Below, piece after piece: positions 17,964-25,099 of a stretch of DNA of 32,000 nt. How positions within the stretch are numbered: the first letter of the stretch is position 1; every line of letters starts with the position of its first letter. This DNA is from Candidatus Electronema halotolerans. Its GTDB lineage: Bacteria > Desulfobacterota > Desulfobulbia > Desulfobulbales > Desulfobulbaceae. The notes beneath the pieces are model-generated. The model was given only the letters and a program-made list of their open reading frames with translations. It ran no database searches and had not been told where the DNA came from. Where the stretch lies: positions 330,001-362,000 of the forward strand of contig OW818675.1 of the NCBI GenBank assembly GCA_942493095.1, read 5' to 3'. Position numbers and translations under genes: made by a program.

Positions 17964-18632
17964 TTAATACGGTCTTTGCCCAACAACATTGCCTGGAGGA
18001 GAGTAACTGCACACCCATATCTGCCCGTTGTCACCGCAGACAGACATGGCGCAGCCGACTTCTTTGGTGGTCTTCCAAACAAGCTGCGTGTAGTGACCAC
18101 AGACCCCGGAACAGCTGTTGTTCGCATAGTTGTAGTCTTTAATCTCGCTTCCCCAAGCACCAACGACATCCTTGGCTGTCTTGGGCGAGAAATCCCGGCG
18201 GCCATCAGACCACATAATGGCGGTGGCCTGATAAATGTTCTCGCCATAGCCGTTGCCGCTGTGATACATGCCGCAGCTGTCGTTCTTGAGATGATCAGCC
18301 CAGCCTTGGGCAATGCCTGCCAGCTTGGCCGACCATCTGAGCGGAGGAGAACCAACCTCCGCCCGCCAGCGGTTGTGCTCGGCTGTCAAGGCAGCCGGGT
18401 CAACACCGCCGCTCCGACTGACTGCTGCGGGGGCAGTTTCCTCTGGAATCACTGATGTTTCCACAGTCCAAATCTCGTCTTCCGCAGCTAAAACGCTGGC
18501 CGAAGGAACAAACGGCTCTGCTGCTTCCGGTTTTGACTGACAGGCTGCAAGAGCGGAAAGCAGCAGAATTCCAGCCATCACGGACATCTTTTTGGGGAGA
18601 TTGCTTCCTCCTGTGAATGTTGCGTTTTTCAT
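17964..18632 (-). CDS. CAP/SCP (PR-1-like) domain secreted protein
   Basis: N-terminal export signal MSVMAGILLLSALAACQ (lipobox-like); HNRWRAEVGSPPLRWSAKLAGIAQGWADHLK, CGMYHSGNGYGENIY, VCGHYTQLVWKTTKEVGCA. Confidence 0.92.
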   Translation of the reverse strand: MKNATFTGGSNLPKKMSVMAGILLLSALAACQSKPEAAEPFVPSASVLAAEDEIWTVETSVIPEETAPAAVSRSGGVDPAALTAEHNRWRAEVGSPPLRWSAKLAGIAQGWADHLKNDSCGMYHSGNGYGENIYQATAIMWSDGRRDFSPKTAKDVVGAWGSEIKDYNYANNSCSGVCGHYTQLVWKTTKEVGCAMSVCGDNGQIWVCSYSPPGNVVGQRPY

Positions 18633-18644
18633 GATACCCTCCTG

Positions 18645-18745
18645 GTATGGGTAAAGCAGACAACCCGGCTGTCTCTATTGCGCCAGAGACCCGTGGCTTT
18701 CCGGCACCGCCTCACGACGGTTGTGGCCTTACAACTTTCCAGTGC
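18645..18745 (-). promoter_or_regulatory. GEMM-I (cyclic dinucleotide) riboswitch-like aptamer in the CAP-gene leader
   Basis: Minus-strand RNA: GUAAGGCCACA-ACCGUC-GUGA-GGCGGU-GCCGGAAAGCCACGGGUCUCUGGCGCAAUAGAGACAGCCGGGUUGUC. Shows a GNRA-capped 6-bp stem, the GGAAAGCC junction, the GGGUCUCU/AGAGACAGCC stem and the CCGGGUUG receptor segment. Confidence 0.82.
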
Positions 18746-18779
18746 GGCGACACCGCGTCTCCGCACCAACCAGAAAGTT
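18733..18779 (-). other. Stable long hairpin upstream of the GEMM aptamer
   Basis: AACTTTC...GAAAGTT outer arms and GTGCGG...CCGCAC inner arms. Confidence 0.7.
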
Positions 18780-18821
18780 CTACTAACTCTGCTTGGTTAA
18801 TAAGCAGTTCCTTATACTTTT

Positions 18822-18851
18822 ATTATAGGGCAAAAAAATTGTACCTGTCAA
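18822..18851 (-). promoter_or_regulatory. Consensus sigma70 promoter (TTGACA - 18 - TATAAT) for the GEMM/CAP transcript
   Basis: TTGACA at 18851-18846, TATAAT at 18827-18822 on the minus strand. Confidence 0.85.
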
Positions 18852-19029
18852 GTCTTTTTGATAATAATTATCACTTTGCAGTAAATATTTAATCGCATGT
18901 TTATATTTAATTTTTTGAAAAATAAATTCAAAGTTTAAAATATTAAATTATTTTTTTGAACACAAAAAAAATTTTCAGCAGCATTTCTGCGGCGCGGGTG
19001 CCGCTTTTTTCTTCAACCAAGCCGAGCCT

Positions 19030-20547
19030 ATGAAAACACCAAACCAACTTCTTTTGTTCTTTCCAACCCAGCAGCTCACTGCTGTGAAAAATATGCTGGT
19101 GGAACAGCTCTGCCTGCGCGAATGTTCCTCTCTGCCGTTCCAGCAGGTGTTTTTTGACAGCTTTGACTGGCGGCTGCAGCAGAAAAATTTTGTCTGCTTG
19201 CAAAAAGACAGTCAGCTGCATCTGCACGATCTTGCTGGCAGGCCAGCAGCACCGCCCCTGCCGTTGGACGATGATGCGCCGCCCCGTTTCTGGCAGGATT
19301 TGCCTACATCAGCTCTCCAGCAAAAATTAGCTGAGATTGTGGCAATCCGCGCCCTGCTGCCGCAAGCCAAGATTTCCGGCACCGCGACCGAGCTGGAGCT
19401 GCTGGGGCAGGATGAGCAGATTTTTGCCAAAGCCGAGTTGACTGAAATTGGCCCCAACTGCCTGCTGCGTCTGCAAGCGGGCAAAGGCAGCCGGAAACGC
19501 TTCCGCAAATTGGCCCGCAGGCTGAAGCAGCTTGGTGAAATCTGTCCGCTGCCCATGCTGCGCCAGCTTGAGGCTGCCTTGATCGCCGCAGGCCGCAGCC
19601 TTGCCGAATGCGAGCCTGCGGCCCTGCCCGCGCTGGAGCCGGACATGGACAGCCGGGCCGCAGCCAAGCTGATCTGCCGTTCCCTGCTGACGGTCATGCA
19701 GCGCAATCAGCAAGGCGTGATTGACAATATCGACACAGAGTTTCTTCATGATTTCCGGGTGGCCATCCGGCGCACCCGCTCCCTGCTGGCTCTGATGAAA
19801 AATACGTTGGAGCCGGATATTCGCCGCCGCTTCCAAGCCGGATTCCGAACATTGGGCAAAGTCACTGGCCCGGCCCGTGATTTGGACGTGCAATTGCTGA
19901 CTGCGGAAGAATGCCAAACGCGGCTGCCAGAGAGCCTGCACGACGGGCTGGAACGCTTTTTTGCTGACTTGCGGGCCAAACGAAGCCAGGAGCAGATCAA
20001 GCTGACAGAGGGCCTGACTGGGCCGGAATGCCAGACTCTGCTTGCAGACTGGCAGGCGTATCTGGAACAGGACGATGAGGGCAGCGGCAGTGCTGTCGGC
20101 CAAAGCGCGGCAAAAATTATCCGCAAGCAGTTTGCCAAGCTGCTGGAGGGCATTGAGAACCTTGACTGCACCTCTTCTGACGAGGACGTGCATCAAGTGC
20201 GCATCCAAGGAAAAAAACTGCGCTATGCCTTGGAGTTTTTCCGTTCTCTCTATCCAGCCAAAAAAATGGCCCGGCTGATCAAGGACCTCAAGCAGCTTCA
20301 AGATTGTCTGGGACACTGGAATGACCTGTCTGTGCAGGAAAACATGCTGGCCCATTATCTCAGCCAGATTGCGCCGGATGCGGAAGGGGGCGCGCCCCTG
20401 GCCGCTGCGGTCGGCGGTCTCCTGATGGACAGCGACAGCAGACGGCAGCAGGCGCGGGCAGGTTTGGCCGCTGCCTTCCAAAAGTTCACCAGCAAGAAAA
20501 ATCTGCGCCACTGGCAGCAGCTCTTTGGCGCAGCAGCCAGGAAGTAA
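19030..20547 (+). CDS. CHAD domain protein with divergent, possibly CYTH-like N-terminal region
   Basis: 505 aa; VDNIDTEFLHDFRVAIRRTRSLLALMK, DEDVHQVRIQGKKLRYALEFFRSLYP, LKQLQDCLGHWNDL. Confidence 0.87.
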   Translation: MKTPNQLLLFFPTQQLTAVKNMLVEQLCLRECSSLPFQQVFFDSFDWRLQQKNFVCLQKDSQLHLHDLAGRPAAPPLPLDDDAPPRFWQDLPTSALQQKLAEIVAIRALLPQAKISGTATELELLGQDEQIFAKAELTEIGPNCLLRLQAGKGSRKRFRKLARRLKQLGEICPLPMLRQLEAALIAAGRSLAECEPAALPALEPDMDSRAAAKLICRSLLTVMQRNQQGVIDNIDTEFLHDFRVAIRRTRSLLALMKNTLEPDIRRRFQAGFRTLGKVTGPARDLDVQLLTAEECQTRLPESLHDGLERFFADLRAKRSQEQIKLTEGLTGPECQTLLADWQAYLEQDDEGSGSAVGQSAAKIIRKQFAKLLEGIENLDCTSSDEDVHQVRIQGKKLRYALEFFRSLYPAKKMARLIKDLKQLQDCLGHWNDLSVQENMLAHYLSQIAPDAEGGAPLAAAVGGLLMDSDSRRQQARAGLAAAFQKFTSKKNLRHWQQLFGAAARK

Positions 20548-20629
20548 TCCGCCGCCGCCCCGCCCTTTGCGCCTGCTGAAAATCTCCCTGCAAATAGGAT
20601 ATTTTCGCCAAATTTCTGCTCAATTATGG

Positions 20630-20635
20630 TATAAT
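20630..20635 (+). promoter_or_regulatory. Extended -10 promoter element upstream of gyrB (TGGTATAAT)
   Basis: TGgTATAAT about 83 nt upstream of the gyrB start; weak -35. Confidence 0.5.
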
Positions 20636-20717
20636 GAGCCGCTTTCGGCAGGCGGCGGGGCACTGCTGCGCAACCCTGCCATATTCCGTCATTAACTCTT
20701 TCTGAGAAGGCATTTAG

Positions 20718-23696
20718 GTGAGTGAACAAAACAAGCCGTCCTACGGGGCGGATCAGATCAAGGTGCTTGACGGGCTTGAAGCCGTGCGCAAGCGTCCGTC
20801 CATGTATATCGGCAACACTTCGGAAGAAGGGCTGCATCACCTGATTTACGAGGTGGTGGACAACTCGATTGACGAGGCCTTGGCCGGATATTGCGACCGG
20901 ATCAGGGTGATCCTCTTGGAGGACGGCTCCTGCTTGGTTGAGGACAACGGGCGCGGCATTCCGATTGACAAGCATCCAACCGAGAACATGACCGCTTTGG
21001 AATTAGTCATGACCACTCTGCACGCGGGCGGCAAGTTTGATCACTCGTCCTACAAGGTTTCCGGCGGCCTGCACGGCGTGGGCGTGTCTGTGGTCAATGC
21101 CCTGTCAACCAAGGTGATTGCTGAGGTCTGGCGCAACGGCAAGGTCTATCGCCAGATGTATGGGTATGGGGACAAGACCAGCGAGCTGGAGGTGATCGGC
21201 ACGAGCGAGCACACCGGCACCCGCATCACCTTCACGCCAGACCCGGAGATATTTACCCAGACTGTCAGCTTCAAGTATGAGACTGTCCTCAACCGGCTCC
21301 GCGAGCTGGCCTTTCTCAACCGGGGCATTCACATCACCCTCAAGGACGAGCGCAGCGGGGCTGAGGATGTTTTTCATTATCAAGGTGGCATTGTTGAATA
21401 TGTCGAACATTTGAACCGCAACCGCACTGCTGTTCATCCCAAGCCTATTTTTATTGAAGGCGAGCGGGACCAGGTGCAGGTGGAAGTCTGTCTGCAATAT
21501 GTTGACAGCTACAGCGAACGGCTGGCCTCCTTTGTCAATAACATCAACACCCGCGAAGGCGGAACCCATCTGGCTGGTTTCCGGGCAGCCCTGACCAAGT
21601 GCATCAACAAGTATGCCACTGACGACATTGTCCCGAAAAATCTGAAAGAACGGATGGAAGGCGATGATGTCCGCGAAGGGCTGACCGCCATTGTTTCCGT
21701 GCGAGTGCCCAATCCTCAGTTTGAAGGCCAGACCAAGACCAAGCTGGGCAACTCAGAGGTCAAGTCGATTGTCGCCTCGGTCTGCAATGAGCAGCTTGGC
21801 GAATATTTGGAGCAGAACCCGCAGGTTGCCAAGCAGATTCTCAGTAAGGCCGTGGAAGCGGCGCGGGCGCGGGAGGCGGCCCGGCGGGCGCGGGACCTGT
21901 CGCGGAAAAAAGACGGCCTTTCCGTGATGATGGCGGGCAAATTGGCTGAATGCCAGTCGAAAAAACCGGAAGAACGCGAACTGTTCATTGTTGAGGGTGA
22001 TTCAGCAGGCGGCTGTTTTTCCGGGGCTACCAAAGTAGCCTTGGCTGATGGCCGCGCTCTGAGCTTCCTGGAGCTGATCGCCGAGCAGGCTCAAGGCAGG
22101 GATCACTGCTGCTACACAATCCGGGATGATGGCAGAATTGGACTGGAGCGAATCCTTCATCCCCGCCTGACTAAACGGCAGCAGGAAGTGCTGCGAGTAA
22201 CCTTGGATCATGGCGAGCAGATTGTCTGCACCCCGGATCACCGTTTCATGCTTCGGGACGGCAGCTATTGCCCGGCAGAACAGCTGGCCGAAGGCAGTTC
22301 GCTGATGCCGCTTTACCGCAAATTGTCCGACAAAGCCAGCCATTCAGGCAATGAGCTGGTCTGGGAGCCGGATGCGGGCCGCTGGCGTTTTCCGCATCTT
22401 TTTTCCGAGCAGCCGAGATGCCGGGCTGCGTGGGAAGATTTTGAGGAGGATGCGTCCTGCGCGGCTGACAATCATCATGTTGTCTCTGTGGAAAAGCTGG
22501 CCGAGCGCATGGATGTCTATGACATTGAAGTGCCCAACACCCACAATTTTGCCTTGGCTGGCGGTGTGTTTGTCCACAACAGCGCCAAGCAGGGCCGGGA
22601 CCGCTCTTTCCAAGCCATTCTGCCTTTGCGCGGCAAGATCATGAATGTGGAAAAGGCCCGTTTTGACAAAATCCTTGACTCTGAAGAGATCAAGCAACTT
22701 ATTGCCGCCCTTGGCACTGGCATTGGCCGGGAGGAGTTTGACCCAAGCAAGCTGCGCTATCATAAAGTCATTATCATGACAGACGCGGACGTGGATGGCG
22801 CGCATATCCGCACCTTGCTGCTGACCTTTTTCTACCGCCAGATGCTGCCGCTGATTGAGAACGGGCATATCTACATCGGCCAGCCGCCGCTCTACCGCTT
22901 GGGCCGGGGCAAAAAAGAGCAGTATTTCTTGAATGATGATGCCCTGAACAGTCATCTCTACGATCAGGCGGCCCAGTTTGTCCAAGTCCGGGTGGAGAGC
23001 GGCGGTGAAATTGTCGGGCAGGAATTAGTCAATCTTCTGAAGAAGCTGACTTTTTTTGAGCAGCTTAATGCGTTCTTGGAGCGGATGAATCTGCACGAAA
23101 CGCTTGTTCGTTTTCTGCTGGCCAATGATGTGCATTCAGCAGATCAGTTCAAGGACGAGCAGTTCCTGCGTGAGCTGCTGGCCAAGTTAGCCAGCCAAGG
23201 CGCGGCGGTCAGCGAAATCCGGCCCTGCTTCTCCCGGCCCGGCTGCTTTGAGGCGGATGCGGCCTTGCAGGGGCTGGGCCACAGCCGCACGGTCATTGGC
23301 CCGCATATTCCGCTGATTCCTGAATACCGCCTTGGTCTTGATCTTTATCCTGAAATTCAGGATTATGTCGGCATCAGCTTCAGCATCTGCAAGAGTGCCG
23401 CTTCCGGGCAGGAGCGGGATATTCCGGCCAAGAACTGGCGCGAGCTGATCCGGCTGGTGCGCGAGGAAACCTTCCGGGGCAGCCATTTGCAACGCTACAA
23501 GGGTTTGGGCGAGATGAACCCGGAGCAGCTCTGGGAAACCACCATGAACCCGGCCAACCGCACCCTGCTGCAAGTGAGGATTGAGGATGCCGAGGCAGCG
23601 GATGATCTGTTTGTCACCCTGATGGGCGACAAGGTGGAGCCACGGCGTGAGTTCATTCAGAATCACGCTTTGGAAGTTGCTGAGTTGGATGTGTGA
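20718..23696 (+). CDS. gyrB: DNA gyrase subunit B, intein-containing precursor (992 aa; 803 aa after splicing)
   Basis: GTG start; VLDGLEAVRKRPSMYIGNTSEEGLHHLIYEVVDNSIDEALAG (ATPase), EGDSAGG//SAKQGRDRSFQAILPLRGKIMNVEKARFDKIL (TOPRIM), IIMTDADVDGAHIRTLLLTFFYRQM, QRYKGLGEMNPEQLWETTMNP. Confidence 0.98.
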   Translation: MSEQNKPSYGADQIKVLDGLEAVRKRPSMYIGNTSEEGLHHLIYEVVDNSIDEALAGYCDRIRVILLEDGSCLVEDNGRGIPIDKHPTENMTALELVMTTLHAGGKFDHSSYKVSGGLHGVGVSVVNALSTKVIAEVWRNGKVYRQMYGYGDKTSELEVIGTSEHTGTRITFTPDPEIFTQTVSFKYETVLNRLRELAFLNRGIHITLKDERSGAEDVFHYQGGIVEYVEHLNRNRTAVHPKPIFIEGERDQVQVEVCLQYVDSYSERLASFVNNINTREGGTHLAGFRAALTKCINKYATDDIVPKNLKERMEGDDVREGLTAIVSVRVPNPQFEGQTKTKLGNSEVKSIVASVCNEQLGEYLEQNPQVAKQILSKAVEAARAREAARRARDLSRKKDGLSVMMAGKLAECQSKKPEERELFIVEGDSAGGCFSGATKVALADGRALSFLELIAEQAQGRDHCCYTIRDDGRIGLERILHPRLTKRQQEVLRVTLDHGEQIVCTPDHRFMLRDGSYCPAEQLAEGSSLMPLYRKLSDKASHSGNELVWEPDAGRWRFPHLFSEQPRCRAAWEDFEEDASCAADNHHVVSVEKLAERMDVYDIEVPNTHNFALAGGVFVHNSAKQGRDRSFQAILPLRGKIMNVEKARFDKILDSEEIKQLIAALGTGIGREEFDPSKLRYHKVIIMTDADVDGAHIRTLLLTFFYRQMLPLIENGHIYIGQPPLYRLGRGKKEQYFLNDDALNSHLYDQAAQFVQVRVESGGEIVGQELVNLLKKLTFFEQLNAFLERMNLHETLVRFLLANDVHSADQFKDEQFLRELLAKLASQGAAVSEIRPCFSRPGCFEADAALQGLGHSRTVIGPHIPLIPEYRLGLDLYPEIQDYVGISFSICKSAASGQERDIPAKNWRELIRLVREETFRGSHLQRYKGLGEMNPEQLWETTMNPANRTLLQVRIEDAEAADDLFVTLMGDKVEPRREFIQNHALEVAELDV
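22014..22580 (+). other. GyrB mini-intein (189 aa), in frame, no room for a homing endonuclease domain
   Basis: CFSGATKVALADG (block A, Cys1), GEQIVCTPDHRFMLRDG (block B, TxxH), MDVYDIEVPNTHNF (block F), ALAGGVFVHN (block G, penultimate His + terminal Asn), next extein residue Ser. Flanks rejoin to canonical GDSAGGSAKQGRD. Confidence 0.97.
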
Positions 23697-23748
23697 AGGC
23701 ATTACACTTGGGGCAGTTTATAGCTGCCCCTGTAACTAATTTCTATTT

Positions 23749-24657
23749 TTGAACAAAATGAAATTTTTCTTTGCAATATTTCCTATTTTTTTGATGCTCA
23801 TCGGAATTGCTGCGATGGTTGCAGTTATTTTAGGAATGAAATTCATTCTTCGCCGACAGAAGATACGTTCTCCGTTCACAGAAAAAATATTGAGAAATCC
23901 TGGCAGCTCAATATTGAAAAAAATAAACGAAGAAAGAGATGATTTTTTATCTTATGGAATCATGATCATGCTGGTTCCTGTTTTAATTTACTCCATTCAT
24001 CTGTCGCAGTCATACTTTGGAGGAGTAAAAGAGAATATTTTCAGAACAGTATTCTTTATACTTCAGATTGTCCTTGTTATCTCTGTGCTTGCAGTATTGC
24101 TTGTCAAAAGGATAAAGAACATCAAAAAGTTGCGTCTCCGTTATTATGGCGAATTAGCAACAGGCCAATATCTTCAGCAGCTTGTGCGCGGCGGATATCA
24201 CGTTTTCCACGATTTTCCTGCGGATACGTTCAACATTGACCATATCGCAGTCGGTCCCGGCGGCGTGTTTGCTATTGAAACTAAAGCGCGGAGCAAGCCT
24301 GTGCTGAAAAATGGCAGCGGGCGTGATGAGGCCAAGGTGATTTATGACGGCAAGGAACTCAAATTCCCGACATGGACAGAGACAGAGCCGTTGGCGCAGG
24401 CCGAGCGACAGGCAAAATGGCTGGCTGATTTTCTGACCAAAACAGTTGGCGAGCCGGTCACAGTGCAGCCGATGCTTGCTCTGCCGGGCTGGTTTGTGAA
24501 CAGAACGACACAGCAGGGGATGCTGGTTGTCAACCCGAAGAGTCTTTCCTTTCTGCTGAAAAACAAGCTGCTTTCAGAGAAGATGATCAACGCTGTCGCG
24601 CATCAGATTGAACAGCGGTGCCGCGATATTGATCTAAGCGGAAGAGGACAAAAATAA
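23749..24657 (+). CDS. Membrane protein with NERD (nuclease-related) domain
   Basis: 302 aa; two N-terminal TM helices; RYYGELATGQYLQQLVRGGYHVFHDFPADTFNIDHIAVGPGGVFAIETKARSKP. Confidence 0.88.
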   Translation: MNKMKFFFAIFPIFLMLIGIAAMVAVILGMKFILRRQKIRSPFTEKILRNPGSSILKKINEERDDFLSYGIMIMLVPVLIYSIHLSQSYFGGVKENIFRTVFFILQIVLVISVLAVLLVKRIKNIKKLRLRYYGELATGQYLQQLVRGGYHVFHDFPADTFNIDHIAVGPGGVFAIETKARSKPVLKNGSGRDEAKVIYDGKELKFPTWTETEPLAQAERQAKWLADFLTKTVGEPVTVQPMLALPGWFVNRTTQQGMLVVNPKSLSFLLKNKLLSEKMINAVAHQIEQRCRDIDLSGRGQK

Positions 24658-24686
24658 CGATTTATGGGAACAACAGGCTTGGAGCC

Positions 24687-24725
24687 GATGATGGTGAACT
24701 GTAAGTGATCAATTAAACAAAAGAT
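24687..24725 (+). mobile_element. Orphan terminal remnant of the same IS1-family element
   Basis: GATGATGGTGAACTGTAAGTGATCAATTAAACAAAAGAT matches the reverse complement of 16023-16061 at 37 of 39 positions. Confidence 0.85.
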
Positions 24726-25077
24726 GTCAAGACTATGATGATTGCATTCCGACTTTTTAAACCAGTCAGGATGAGTTTTCCTCCACTTACTGAGAGCCTC
24801 CATCGGTGTGACATATCAATATCCTGATCAGGGCTTCTTCAAGCTGACTGGCTGATTCAAAGCGAGTATGCTGAATAATTTTTTTGATTCTGCCGTTGAA
24901 GCGTTCAGTCATGCCGTTTGTCTTCGGTTTTCGCGGTTTGATCAGGCGATGCTCAATCCTGTGTTCCGCACATTCCTTATCGAAGATATGTTTTCCAGTC
25001 AGCTCCCGCTCTCCCGACGGACAAAAACGGTCAGTAAACTCCTTGCCGGTGGCCTGTGAGAATCTTTGCAATGAAAA
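24726..25077 (-). pseudogene. 3' fragment of an IS481-type DDE transposase
   Basis: FSQATGKEFTDRFCPSGERELTGKHIFDKECAEHRIEHRLIKPRKPKTNGMTERFNGRIKKIIQHTRFESASQLEEALIRILI, then in another frame TPMEALSKWRKTHPDWFKK; frame disrupted and the expected YNHxxPQxAL segment missing. Confidence 0.87.
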
Positions 25078-25099
25078 AAGAGATATTTCAATGCTCAGT

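Noticed and set aside
19327-20511. 394-aa minus-strand ORF
   Set aside because: Antisense shadow of the CHAD gene; composition rich in Q/A/G without domain signatures.
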